This document shows positions 27,302 to 38,500 of a stretch of DNA of 55,015 nt, one piece after another. Positions within the stretch are counted from its first letter, which is position 1. The number at the start of each line of letters is the position of its first letter. The translations under genes and the position numbers were made by a program. Below the pieces are notes generated by a model. That model saw only the letters and a program-made list of their open reading frames with translations, made no database searches and had not been told where the DNA came from. The DNA is from a virus (Duplodnaviria; Caudoviricetes), in IMG/VR virus record IMGVR_UViG_3300047483_000184, positions 1 through 55,015 of that record. One strand, 5' to 3'.

Positions 27302-27670
27302 TTAGAATCTAGTACCAAGCGCAGAACCTACTGCGGCTCCAACTAATCTAGAAGTTAGTAAATCGTATAAAATACCTGATTGAACGCCTAGAGCCTTAGC
27401 TACGATTTTACCAACCGAAGAACCTAAAGCAAATCCTGTTAAACCACCTAAAATAGAACCTAAGAAACCTTCATTAGTAAGATCTTCATTGAATTTAGTA
27501 ATTTCAACTATGCCTTCTTCGTTGGTATACTGAGCCATAAATTCATCAATAGCTCTGTCTATTTTTTCTTCTAATTCTGGAGTAAGTTCAGATGTTAAAG
27601 ATTCCTGTAACATTGTCCATTCTGAACTAGTTATGTTTTTCTCTTCTAAGTATTCTACAAATGTTTTCAT
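27302..27670 (-). CDS. Probable internal virion protein with a glycine-zipper hydrophobic C-terminus
   Basis: MKTFVEYLEEK (cf. T4 internal-protein CTS MKTYQEFIAE); LTNE|GFLGSILGGLTGFALG; AATATATAG upstream. Confidence 0.65.
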   Translation of the reverse strand: MKTFVEYLEEKNITSSEWTMLQESLTSELTPELEEKIDRAIDEFMAQYTNEEGIVEITKFNEDLTNEGFLGSILGGLTGFALGSSVGKIVAKALGVQSGILYDLLTSRLVGAAVGSALGTRF

Positions 27671-27680
27671 ATCCTATATA

Positions 27681-28232
27681 TTAATCTATTTCTAGTTGAA
27701 TATTAAATTTATTATATGTAAATGATAATTCGAAAGTATCGAACTCTGCAACATTAGCACTCATATTCAAATCAATTTCTGAAATTTGGTGTAAGATTGG
27801 TTTTTCAAATACTGCAGAAACTAAGTGAATTCCTTCTGCATCCATGATTTGTAATTTTAAATCGTCTGTATATGGTTGTTTAACAGTTTTTGAATAATAA
27901 TACAAAAGAGTATCTTGCATAATCCAATAGTTGATATAACCATCTAACAATTGCATTTTAACTGTAAACGTTCTGTCAATTACATTTTGAATAGGTATTG
28001 CACCTCTAAAATATCTAGTAGTACCGTCATTATTATTCTGGCTAATAGGATCAAAACTTAAACCAGGCAAATTAATACCTTGAATAGAATAATTAACAAA
28101 GTCAATAGGCTCAGTTATTAAATTTCCAGGAATTCTGTTCAAGTATTTTTTGTACTTGTCAGCAACTTCCTTGGGAATAAAAGTCCTAGGTAACTTAAAG
28201 TTAAATAAATTATTTCTACTGTTTAAAATCAT
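27681..28232 (-). CDS. Tail tube-fold protein (T4 gp3-like tail completion protein)
   Basis: QGINLPGLS, NYWIM, DLKLQIMD and FELSFTY pattern. Confidence 0.6.
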   Translation of the reverse strand: MILNSRNNLFNFKLPRTFIPKEVADKYKKYLNRIPGNLITEPIDFVNYSIQGINLPGLSFDPISQNNNDGTTRYFRGAIPIQNVIDRTFTVKMQLLDGYINYWIMQDTLLYYYSKTVKQPYTDDLKLQIMDAEGIHLVSAVFEKPILHQISEIDLNMSANVAEFDTFELSFTYNKFNIQLEID

Positions 28233-30277
28233 TATATGATATTTACGTTTCCATGATACAACATAGAAGATGTTGAACCATTTTTAATATTTATGTAAAA
28301 TGTATCACTTGACACATTAGCATCTGGTTGATCAAATCTGGTTGCAATTGCTTTATCGATTTTAAATAAAACTTCACCTTTACCCATATCTACGTTTGGA
28401 AACGTAGGATCTGCATATATGATTTGTTCAATGTTTCCGCTTTTTAAGATCAATTCTATCTGTTCAGCATTTACTAATGAAACTTCTTTTAAAGTATCGG
28501 CTTCCTTTTGAGCAATTCTAAATTTAATAAAGTTATCAGAAACTTTAGAAAGTGTAATAGAACCCAATCCCATTCCATAATAAGTCATCTCGTTTAATGC
28601 AGTTACATTTGCTCCGTCTAATTGTACATTTGTATTTGATACATTAATGTTTGTTGTATTTACAGCAACTGGTACATATTTAGTTTCACCAACCGAAGGT
28701 CTAATAGAATTAACAAAATTATTAATAGACGTATTTGCAGTAGTACTTGCTATTTTATTGTAAACTTTTGTAGTTGCCAAAACATTATTTAATTGAACCA
28801 TTCTCTTAGCATACTTACTAGGTTTCTTATAAATCAAAGAAGCTTGCTTTACGATTTGAGTATTGTCAGTTTCGTTGTAAATTCTTAAAGTATAATTAAT
28901 TAAAAAAGAATTTGCAATGTTTGCAGTTTGAATAATAGGTCTATATAAAATAGGTTTGTCTAAATTATCAACTTGAGAATATGTTACATTTGAAGTTTGA
29001 TTAAATGTGTTTCCAGATTGTTCTAAAACCTCTATGTCGTGAAACACTGTAATGTCATCTCCAGAAGTTTGATGTCTTAAGTTTACATATCTAGCAAAGT
29101 TATCAATTGAACCATCTTTTAATCCGTAGATTTTAAAATAATCTCCATCTGCAGCTTCTTCAATTACAGCAGATATATCTTGATATTCATCTTCTTGAGC
29201 TAATGTAACTAATAAAATTTCTGCAGCATCTACGTATTTTACGTTATTAACTTCATAAACACTATCAATTAATTTGAAAACTATTTCATAATTAGAACTA
29301 GGATTTACAGCTGCTTGTGTACCTTGAGCTCCGAAGAAAGCTTCTTGAAAATCTAAGTTTAGTGTATTGTCATACATATCAACCAGCGAAGGCACTTTAA
29401 CTTCTATAAATTTAGAAAATGCAACACCACCTAAAACAAATGGAGTTGGATTTTGAATTTCATAATTTGAATAGTTTAAATATGCTAAAGATGTAAAGTA
29501 GTTATAAATACCTGAATTTTTTTTGGCTTTTACTTGAAATAAGAAACCTTCGTAACCTCTATCGGCAAATGAAAAACCAGTTTTCAAATGCAATCTAACA
29601 GTATCGTAGTTTACCAAATTACTAGTAATAGTCTCATTAGAAATAGATGTACTACCATCCCAATTAGGATCTGCTAAATAACCTAAAGTATTGTCTAACA
29701 GCGCAAATTTGGTTCCGTCTGTATTATACTCAACTGCATAATATCTACCAATTTCACCTGTTCCAGTTTTGATAGTATTTCCAGTTTCTTGATCTGGTGT
29801 TGCAAATAGTGGATTAGCTTTATCACTTACTACAATTGAACCACCTGAATATGTAGTTCCATTATCACTATAAGAATATGAGTAATTTCCATTTGTATTA
29901 GGAACGTAAATAGCTTTAGATCCTATAATAGTAAAACTACCACCTGCATTAATAGAAAAATTAGAAGGCGTAGCTAAGTTAGATAAATCAAATTCGTATG
30001 TTTTACCATTTTGTAATTGTAATTCTCTTCTAGAAAAATTGTTTACAGCAACATAAATACCAGCAGTATCTACAGTAAAGTTTACAACATCTCCGCCTAA
30101 TTCGTGTATTAAGTATCTTGTTGCAGTATTATCTCCGTTAACCGTATTTAAAAATTTAATATGGCTTCCATTATTATCAGTTTCAATAGTAGACAAAGCA
30201 GGATTAGACTGATCGTGGTAAATGAATTCCAGCAATACGTCTTTATCTAATCTTAAAAATTTTGATGATTTAGCCAT
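28232..30277 (-). CDS. Putative virion structural protein
   Basis: 681 aa, beta-rich and rich in N/T/S, in the tail module; AATATATAA immediately upstream. Confidence 0.5.
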   Translation of the reverse strand: MAKSSKFLRLDKDVLLEFIYHDQSNPALSTIETDNNGSHIKFLNTVNGDNTATRYLIHELGGDVVNFTVDTAGIYVAVNNFSRRELQLQNGKTYEFDLSNLATPSNFSINAGGSFTIIGSKAIYVPNTNGNYSYSYSDNGTTYSGGSIVVSDKANPLFATPDQETGNTIKTGTGEIGRYYAVEYNTDGTKFALLDNTLGYLADPNWDGSTSISNETITSNLVNYDTVRLHLKTGFSFADRGYEGFLFQVKAKKNSGIYNYFTSLAYLNYSNYEIQNPTPFVLGGVAFSKFIEVKVPSLVDMYDNTLNLDFQEAFFGAQGTQAAVNPSSNYEIVFKLIDSVYEVNNVKYVDAAEILLVTLAQEDEYQDISAVIEEAADGDYFKIYGLKDGSIDNFARYVNLRHQTSGDDITVFHDIEVLEQSGNTFNQTSNVTYSQVDNLDKPILYRPIIQTANIANSFLINYTLRIYNETDNTQIVKQASLIYKKPSKYAKRMVQLNNVLATTKVYNKIASTTANTSINNFVNSIRPSVGETKYVPVAVNTTNINVSNTNVQLDGANVTALNEMTYYGMGLGSITLSKVSDNFIKFRIAQKEADTLKEVSLVNAEQIELILKSGNIEQIIYADPTFPNVDMGKGEVLFKIDKAIATRFDQPDANVSSDTFYINIKNGSTSSMLYHGNVNII

Positions 30278-30289
30278 TTATATTATTTA

Positions 30290-31093
30290 TTATTTTCCGA
30301 ATTGTAACCATTTAGGTGTCCATAATAAAGATGCACCGATCCATGGCGATAAACTCAAAGTTGAACCGTTTACTAAAGAAACTCCATATCCAACTCCTAC
30401 GCCCATAACCCAACGATCTCTCTTTTTAGGAGCTTCATTCAGTTTATTATTTATCAAATTTATATTTTCAATATCCAAGATATTTAAACCAGGGTAAGAA
30501 GAAGCCATTTTAACTTCTTTATATCCTTTAGATTCATCTATTGAAGCATATAATTTTATGTTCTGTTTAATGTCAAATTGTGTTTGTGTACTATCTAATA
30601 AAAATCTTTTATCAAAATATAAAATCTTAGCTCTACCTGTAAATGATCTAGAATTACCCATTCCAAAATCATCTACTTTTGTAAAATTAATAAAAGCTGA
30701 AGTATCTGTGATTTGTACAAATGTTCCATCTGGTTTTACAGTAGATAGAATCTCTATTTGTGATTTTAACAAAACATTCTGCTTACTTAAGTTCTTACCT
30801 AAATTTAAAGCTGATGCATATTCATTTTTAAGATCTTTGTAATTATTTTCAAATTCATCTATTTTAAAAACAAATGCTCTTCTTTCAGCTATTAATCCAC
30901 CGTTTTCGGCTTTATAATATCTAATAGTATCTTGAGACGCTACATAATTATTATGAGCTCTCTCAGCCTTTAGATTTGTTTTATCATTACATTGTTTTAA
31001 AAATAATAAAACAAATAAAGCTCCTAAAATAAAAACAATAGTATTCTTATTTAAGCCTTTTAAAAAATTATAAATCGAATTAATAAATTTCAT
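30290..31093 (-). CDS. Membrane-anchored protein, possible spanin
   Basis: N-terminal hydrophobic segment followed by KQC, then a coiled coil and C-terminal amphipathic strands (WVMGVGVGYG...WIGASLLW...F). Confidence 0.45.
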   Translation of the reverse strand: MKFINSIYNFLKGLNKNTIVFILGALFVLLFLKQCNDKTNLKAERAHNNYVASQDTIRYYKAENGGLIAERRAFVFKIDEFENNYKDLKNEYASALNLGKNLSKQNVLLKSQIEILSTVKPDGTFVQITDTSAFINFTKVDDFGMGNSRSFTGRAKILYFDKRFLLDSTQTQFDIKQNIKLYASIDESKGYKEVKMASSYPGLNILDIENINLINNKLNEAPKKRDRWVMGVGVGYGVSLVNGSTLSLSPWIGASLLWTPKWLQFGK

Positions 31094-31104
31094 ATTAATT
31101 AATT

Positions 31105-33384
31105 TTATTGAAGTTGAATTCTAGTGTCCCAACTTCCACAGTTAAGGCATGTTGGTCCAAATGCGTTTAGTGTAAATGAATAAGTTCCAGGATTAGATAT
31201 AGTTATAAGTTGTTCATCCTGTTGTCCATTTGCTTCATACGCCGAATAAGATCCTACGTTTTGTATATCTAAAGAACTATCGCAAAAACAATTATTAGAT
31301 AAATATCCGCCAAGTGTTGTATATCTTATAGTAGCAGGCGCAACATTTATTATAATGTAACCGCTAGCAACAGCTGGTGTAGAACAACTTACTACAGTAT
31401 TTCCTGAAATTGTATTTCCTTGAATTGTCATTGTAATTGGTGTAGTTGCATAAAACCATTTACCAACACCAGTACCACTAGGTTCATTTATTTTTACAGT
31501 AACTCTATAATACATTGTGCCAGTGCCAGATTCAGATGTTGTTAAACTAGCTGAAGTAGCTCCTGAAATATCTACCCAATATGCATTATCTGTACTTTTT
31601 TGCCATTGGTACGCGTACGTTGTCGAACCTTTCCATGTTGGAGCAGTAACTGTAGAATTTAAAGTAAAATTGGTGTTTATTAATGTAAGATCGCTTGTAC
31701 CTCCAGTAGATAATGCATTTGTTACTATTAATACTGACAAAGCATCATCACCTTCTTGGAAACCTGTACCGTTATCAAACACTTTACCGTCTGAAGATTT
31801 AATAAATCTTAAGTAGTTATTTTTAATCCATGACCCTTGAGCTACGAATGAATTTAAATTAGAATCTGTGTATAATTTAACATCTTCACCTGCAGTTCCA
31901 GTCCAATATTGTAATGTTGGATTTTTCCAAGCATCATCTAATGTTGATTGTGTCCAAGCTCCTGAATTATAAACAGAATTCCATGCTGAATAAGATGGAT
32001 TATTACCTGGCACAACTAATGTACCCATCGCTGTACCGCCTGAACTAGAAGAACCAGAAGATCCAATGTTAGAAGGTATAAGTGATTGTGTTGGCGTAAT
32101 TACATTATTACCAGCATATTTAAAAGTTATGTCAGTAAATATCAAATCCGAGTTATTACCTGCAATTGTACCATTATCTTGCCAGTATAGGTTATCTTCT
32201 CCTAAAAATACAACGTGTATAAATCTTTGCATTTCTAATTGAGTACCACCTGAACTTGGATTGTATATTGAAACAGATGATGTGTCAAGCGATGATATAA
32301 TGCTGTATTGACTACCTGCGAAAGTAGCAATCATTGTCATATCACTTCCACCAATAATAGTTTGTACATTATCAGATTTACCTGCTACACCTTGACCAGC
32401 TCCAGATGGATTTGCATCAATATGATATGTAAAAGATGATAAATCTGGAACAGGATATGTGTTAGTGGTGTTTGGTTTTATCCAGTTTTCACCGTGACAC
32501 AAATACCAACCTCTATAACTGTTTTTACCTCTACCAAAATAAACTTCTATTGGAGAAGTAGAATTTGGCAAATGAAATCCTTTATCAAAATTGTTTGAAT
32601 CATTAAAAATAGAAGATAAAATTGGAACGATGGTTCCAACTGGAACACCAGCTTGTATTTCTGAAATAGATTTCCAAGCAACAGTTCCTTGATTATCTGT
32701 TGATGTTAAAAGTTTATCGACCGCTGGAGAACCAACGTTGATTTTTAAATTACTACCTTTAAATTCAGAATTACCTTCAAATAAAGAAGACACTTTAACA
32801 TTGAATTGTGTTGCACTTAAATTAGCAAATTCGGTAGTGTTGTTTTTATATACGAATTTGTCAGCAACATATCTTACAGTTCCACCTCCAGAAAGAAAAC
32901 CTTCTGCAAATTTAACTATTCCTCCGCTTTTAAATAATCTAAAAGAAACTTTTGTATTACCACTACTATCGTCAGTTAATTGAAAGTTATCATTGAAAAC
33001 ACTAGATTTTCTATGAATCCATAAAGCAGCATCTTCTGAAACTTGATTATATCTAGGATCTGATTTATCTAAACCTATTATAATAGACGGTGGATTTTGA
33101 TAATTTAAATCATCATGTATTGGTAAAACAGTAGAGCCATTAACTCCAGTATTAATTTTCCATGAAGTATCTCCATCATTACCAGAAGGTCCTTGTGCAC
33201 CTTGAGGTCCTTGTGCACCTTGAGGTCCTTGATCTCCTTGCAAACCAGTAAAACCTTGAGCACCTACTGCACCTTGAGCACCCATAGGACCTGCTCCATT
33301 TGCAATAATCTGATCGAAGTTATAATTAACCTTGTCTAACTTTTCGTTATCTGTGTCAATTACGAATATCTGTTTTAAATTCAT
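31105..33384 (-). CDS. Tail fibre protein with a collagen-like repeat
   Basis: KVNYNFDQI, a (GxQ)n stretch, collar-like VPVGTIVP..GWYLCHG..VPDL and an Ig-like YQWQKSTD. Confidence 0.75.
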   Translation of the reverse strand: MNLKQIFVIDTDNEKLDKVNYNFDQIIANGAGPMGAQGAVGAQGFTGLQGDQGPQGAQGPQGAQGPSGNDGDTSWKINTGVNGSTVLPIHDDLNYQNPPSIIIGLDKSDPRYNQVSEDAALWIHRKSSVFNDNFQLTDDSSGNTKVSFRLFKSGGIVKFAEGFLSGGGTVRYVADKFVYKNNTTEFANLSATQFNVKVSSLFEGNSEFKGSNLKINVGSPAVDKLLTSTDNQGTVAWKSISEIQAGVPVGTIVPILSSIFNDSNNFDKGFHLPNSTSPIEVYFGRGKNSYRGWYLCHGENWIKPNTTNTYPVPDLSSFTYHIDANPSGAGQGVAGKSDNVQTIIGGSDMTMIATFAGSQYSIISSLDTSSVSIYNPSSGGTQLEMQRFIHVVFLGEDNLYWQDNGTIAGNNSDLIFTDITFKYAGNNVITPTQSLIPSNIGSSGSSSSGGTAMGTLVVPGNNPSYSAWNSVYNSGAWTQSTLDDAWKNPTLQYWTGTAGEDVKLYTDSNLNSFVAQGSWIKNNYLRFIKSSDGKVFDNGTGFQEGDDALSVLIVTNALSTGGTSDLTLINTNFTLNSTVTAPTWKGSTTYAYQWQKSTDNAYWVDISGATSASLTTSESGTGTMYYRVTVKINEPSGTGVGKWFYATTPITMTIQGNTISGNTVVSCSTPAVASGYIIINVAPATIRYTTLGGYLSNNCFCDSSLDIQNVGSYSAYEANGQQDEQLITISNPGTYSFTLNAFGPTCLNCGSWDTRIQLQ
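33187..33231. repeat. 18-bp tandem repeat (2.5 copies) encoding GPQGAQ collagen units
   Basis: aggtccttgtgcaccttg twice, followed by aggtccttg. Confidence 0.85.
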
Positions 33385-33435
33385 TATAATACTGGTCTTT
33401 TTATTATCTATTTATCTGTTTTAATTAGCTAAGGT

Positions 33436-35568
33436 TTATCTAAAATTTGTTAAACACGTTCTTCTTTGTTCCAATACACCGACGTTTGCGCATTGTCTAT
33501 ACCATAGGTCGTTTTCAGGGCCATAAAATGCATTATTCTCTATCGTTATGATTGGCTCGTATCCTTCATTACCAGTTGCACTATATAAATTTCTATAAAC
33601 CGGTGATAAAGATGTAGCAGTACTCATAAATGTATCTTCATCAGTATATGCATACATAACTTCATCATATATTTGATTACAGTAATTAAAACTAGAAGAT
33701 GCTTTTGCTATATAATCTCCATTTGGATAGCTTTGAGACGCTAACACATTAAATATGTAATTTCCAAAGAAATCTTCTCCTAGAAAAGAGCCTTGAACTT
33801 GGCTCCAATATCTTCTATATAGACCTACTCTGTACCAACCGTTAGGCGCATAATAAAATGGCGTTGAAGCTGGATTTGTATATAGTTTAGTTGCATTGAC
33901 AAAAAGGTTGCTATCTGAATATAACAATATGCTAGAGCCTGAATACGGAGCATCAGGACCATTTAAGTTAAACATATTAGGTCCTATTGTAGCTGTAAAA
34001 CTATTTACAGTTTGACAATTTTCAACAGCCACGAAGGCTTCAGTAACAAATGTTCTAACTACACCTCCGTTTGAATAATAACCTGATCCAACAACTGCAT
34101 TTCCCGCAGCGTTGTATATTAATTTACTTGCTAAATTGGCACCTAAATTAGTCCAAAGAGCTGGATCAAAATCTATTTTATATGCTGACGTTGGATTTAA
34201 ACAAGCTTCAGCTCTAGTTATAGGGCTAAAAGATAAATTTATATCGTATAATGTTGGCGTAGGTGGAATAATCACACCGCTACCAGCATCTTCCCAATGC
34301 ATACCTGTTTCTTTCAAATAACAAATATAAATTAATTTAGAATCACTTTGGGATAACGGTCCGTCAGAATTAAATATTTCAGTTTGATTTGAAGTTGCAT
34401 GATTTGTATAATTAGAAGTATATGATCCGCCTGATTGTGTAATGTCTAACTTTAAATCTGATCCTCCTAAAATAGATAATTTAGTAACTGATGCACTCGC
34501 ATGTTCTTGACTAGAATTACCAGAAGTATCTTCGGCAATATCATAAGAATATGAATTTAAATTAGGTAATTCAAATGTAATAACACCTTTCTTCCAAGTT
34601 TTACCATTGCATATGTACCAGCCTTGATACATTGTACCTGTTTTACCAGATCCGTTTGTATTTTCTAAATAATCAGGCGTTGCTGTTTTAGTTTCATTTA
34701 ATAAAAAATTGTTATTATTAAATTGATCTGCATTAATAGCAATGATACTACCAATAGGAAAACCAGGAATAACTTTAAGTGGATCAACCCATTTTACTTT
34801 ACCGTTTGAATCAAATGATTGTGCAATCCAATTCGCAACAGGATTTTCAGTATTAAATTTAGTAGAACCTTGTATTTCGTTGGTTTCAGAAGTATCTCCG
34901 AATATAGAATTAATGGTCTTTATATTAAATAAAGATGCATTAAATTTACCAAATGTAGATGTTGCACTAGGATTAACGTTATATGTTAAAACAGCTTCAT
35001 CGCTTATTAATTGAAATTCTGAATCAGCAGCGACATCAAATCCGTACTCTAATATATTGTCTTGGTTTTCTTTAAATAAATTTATAGAAACTATTTGATC
35101 ATTTGCTTCGTCATCTGAAGAAAATACAATATTTTTTTGTAAAGCACCTAATTTAGTATGAATTTTACCTAAAATACCAATTTTAGCTACGTTATATTCA
35201 TTTAAAGGATCTGTGCTATTATTAACGCCGAATAAGAAATTGGTAGGGTTATATTTACCGAACTGATTTATTTTTAGAGTAATATGACTTGAGTTTTCAC
35301 TTTCATTTTTAAGCCAGACGGTTTCACCGTCTGCGCCTTGAGAACCAATTACACCTTGAGAACCGATTAATCCTTGAGGTCCAAGTGGACCTTTTGCTCC
35401 ATCTAAACCTTGATCTCCTGAAAAACCACGAGGTCCTGATGGTCCACCGCCAGATATTAAAATTTGGTCAAAATTAAAATTTAACTTTTCAATTTTTTTA
35501 GATGACCACCAAGCGCTGTTATATTGGTCTAAATCACTTTCAAATAATTCCTTTATTATGATAGACAT
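33436..35568 (-). CDS. Tail fibre protein with a collagen-like repeat (paralog of 31105..33384)
   Basis: KLNFNFDQI, Gly-X-Y stretch and FPIGSII..GWYICNG..LPNL. Confidence 0.75.
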   Translation of the reverse strand: MSIIIKELFESDLDQYNSAWWSSKKIEKLNFNFDQILISGGGPSGPRGFSGDQGLDGAKGPLGPQGLIGSQGVIGSQGADGETVWLKNESENSSHITLKINQFGKYNPTNFLFGVNNSTDPLNEYNVAKIGILGKIHTKLGALQKNIVFSSDDEANDQIVSINLFKENQDNILEYGFDVAADSEFQLISDEAVLTYNVNPSATSTFGKFNASLFNIKTINSIFGDTSETNEIQGSTKFNTENPVANWIAQSFDSNGKVKWVDPLKVIPGFPIGSIIAINADQFNNNNFLLNETKTATPDYLENTNGSGKTGTMYQGWYICNGKTWKKGVITFELPNLNSYSYDIAEDTSGNSSQEHASASVTKLSILGGSDLKLDITQSGGSYTSNYTNHATSNQTEIFNSDGPLSQSDSKLIYICYLKETGMHWEDAGSGVIIPPTPTLYDINLSFSPITRAEACLNPTSAYKIDFDPALWTNLGANLASKLIYNAAGNAVVGSGYYSNGGVVRTFVTEAFVAVENCQTVNSFTATIGPNMFNLNGPDAPYSGSSILLYSDSNLFVNATKLYTNPASTPFYYAPNGWYRVGLYRRYWSQVQGSFLGEDFFGNYIFNVLASQSYPNGDYIAKASSSFNYCNQIYDEVMYAYTDEDTFMSTATSLSPVYRNLYSATGNEGYEPIITIENNAFYGPENDLWYRQCANVGVLEQRRTCLTNFR

Positions 35569-35569
35569 G

Positions 35570-38500
35570 TTATGCTATTATTTTGACAACGACTTTAAAC
35601 TCATAGTTATAAGACGGTTTTTTATTATATATTAATCTAAAATTTAAACGTTCTTGTACAAAACCTTCAATAGAATAATTAGTTTGTTTTTTATGAATGT
35701 CCGTATCAATTAACAATGGATCAATTTGATTTACAAATGTTGTATTGATATTTTTACCTTCTTTGGCATAAATATTTATACTGTGAATAATAAATCTAGG
35801 CACTATATTTTGTTCCGAATATAATTGCAAATCATCTAATGTTGTTGTTAAGTCACCGTATGATTTAGAAGGTGTCACATAACTATTAAATGAAGATTTA
35901 ATACCTCTTTCTAACAATTCGTCTAACACTGCTTTCTTAACATAGAAATCAGCATATATTTTATCATCCACTTCAGTCCAAGCTAGAGAATATGTGTTCT
36001 TATTATTTTCTCTATATTGATTTAATTCATCTATACTATTTAAACGTATTTCACTAAATGAAGAAATGTCGTATGCGTTAGACACTTTCATGATAGTAGA
36101 AGCCATAAATGCTTTTTCTTCAATAGGATTAACAGTACCTGAAACAAATGAATATTCATTATTTGCACCAGATTTAATATAGTAATTCTCTGAATATTTA
36201 GATTGTAAAATATTTAAATCTTTTTTATTAATTGCGATTTCACCGATCTTAGGATATAATGGCAATTTATCAGTACCGCTTGATAATTTTAAAGTACTAT
36301 CGGGTGCTTCAGTATTTACTTTGTGATAAAAATAATTTTTAATTATTCCATAATCATTTAAACCAAGTGTATCGAAGTATGAACTAAATGCAATTCCAGT
36401 TCTATTAAATTTGTTATAAATTAACAATTCTCTAGTTGGAATAGATCCATCTTTTAAAGCTTTGTTTTCTGAATATATGTCAGTAAAATATAAAACGTCT
36501 TTAGTCAATGGTACATAATAACCATTCATTCGTCTTAATATAGTTCTATATGGATTTTCAGTTTGCACTATTTTTTTACCAACTTCGGCTGATGATATTT
36601 TGTAAGATTTTGGTTTGTCTTCGTCTACTGCAGCCTTGATATATGAATCTTTGTAAAACGGTGTTCCATTTTCAATTTCTAAAACAAATGAATTGTTAAT
36701 AACATCACCAGTTTCTGACACATTTACATAGTTTACGCTCTTAGTAAAGTTATTAAAAATCTCTTTAAATGATTTAGCTTTAATATCATCCAGGTTTTGC
36801 TTGAATGCGTCCCAGCCTCCACCATAATAAGTGTATATTAAATTAGATTGATCTGAAGGAGTGATCTCTATTATGTTAGGAGCATCTGCTCCAACAGTAT
36901 CAGTCACAGAGTCCCATAATTTAGGATAACCTATGACACTAATAGAAGTATCACTTAACACTTTAGAAATTTGAAAAGCATACGTGTTACCGTTATAATC
37001 AAATAACAAATAAGAATATGCACCTTTTTCTGTAATACTAATTTGTTTTTCAAAAATAGGTGATTTACCATTAATGTCGTCTATACCATCTATTATTACC
37101 TCAGTCGTTGCTGTTAAGTTTTGTATATTAGCGTATGCTCCATATATGTTTAAAGCACCGTCTATTTTACTATCAGATATTGCACTACCAATATAAGAGT
37201 GTCTTAATTCGTATAAAATTTTATGGGATATTTCTTTTATATTATTATTCTGCAATGAAATATTAACATAAACACAAATGAATTTAAACTTGTCATTTTT
37301 AATAACATCTATTATAGTATTAGTGTCGTTTGTCTCCTTGTCTAAATTTACTAATATTGCAAATTTATAATCATTTGCTAAATTATCGTTTACGTATTCG
37401 GTCGGAATATTCTTTACATTTTCTTTTCTCGATTTGTAAATATATTTTAAGCCTCTAAATATAGTATCTGAAAAGCTATACGCATCACCTTTATTAAATT
37501 TAGTGTATAACTTTTTAAGTTTATTTTTTATAAATTGTACACCGTCGTTGTTGATTTGAAATAAATCACCAACAAAAATAGAATACATTACATCTTGTGT
37601 TTGAATAGTAACAAAACACGTTAATATTGTTTTATCATTATTTAAGAACGGCAAAGTAAGAGGTACAAATACACCATTCTTTTTAGTAACACCAGTATTA
37701 GTTACAATACTTTCATCAATGGCTTTATCAAATGTGATATAAGTTGCACCATTCGCATATGAAATATTAGTTACTTTAGAAAAATCTAAGTAAGCTCCTT
37801 CCCAAACAAAATATTTGCTAAAGTAATCGTTCGTCGTACTCTTAAGATTTTGAATTGTTAATTCTCCATCATTTAAGAAATTAACATAACTCTTAAGTTT
37901 GCTAAAATTAGCAGAGTCATATTTAAATATAGTTGGAATTTGATTAATGTGAAAATATTCCATATTGTAATCTAATGCATTTCTTTCCAAACCAGATTCT
38001 ACATTAGGCGACATATTATCTGAACCGAAAGCTTCGCTTACAGTAAATAAATATGGATTCATTCTTGCATTAAAAGAATCTTTAAGCGCAAATTTATTAA
38101 TATGTGGAACTACTCTACTCAAAAGAGAAGTTTCCTTTAATTCATTTTCATATAATCTATCATATTCTGAATAGATTTTTAAATCTTTTACAGCAATATT
38201 AGAATCTACGTTAAATTTATTACCAACGTCCTCTAATCTATTCACGATATCAGCTTCTGTTAAAGAAACTAAACTTGGATAGTATTCTTCGTGTCCAATT
38301 AAAAACGAAGAAGAGCATGCTAAATCATAATATCTATAATATGTGCCATTAACACTAGATGCCACGATTAAATCGTCTAATGCTAATTCTCCATAATTTG
38401 AGTTAGAAGTATCGTAGAAATCAAAATCAAAATCCTTTAAATTGTATGCGCTAAATTTACCATAGTATGTTACTGGAGATTGATAATAATTTAAATTGGT

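Noticed and set aside
2306-27318. Longer N-termini given by the ORF track for polB (2380), thioredoxin (9319), the BGT/SGNH protein (10389) and RuvC (27318)
   Set aside because: The extensions overlap upstream genes; downstream ATGs at 2305, 9238, 10335 and 27291 fit the operon packing better.
31105-35568. Diversity-generating retroelement targeting the fibre tips
   Set aside because: No reverse transcriptase and no template/variable repeat pair were noticed in the window.
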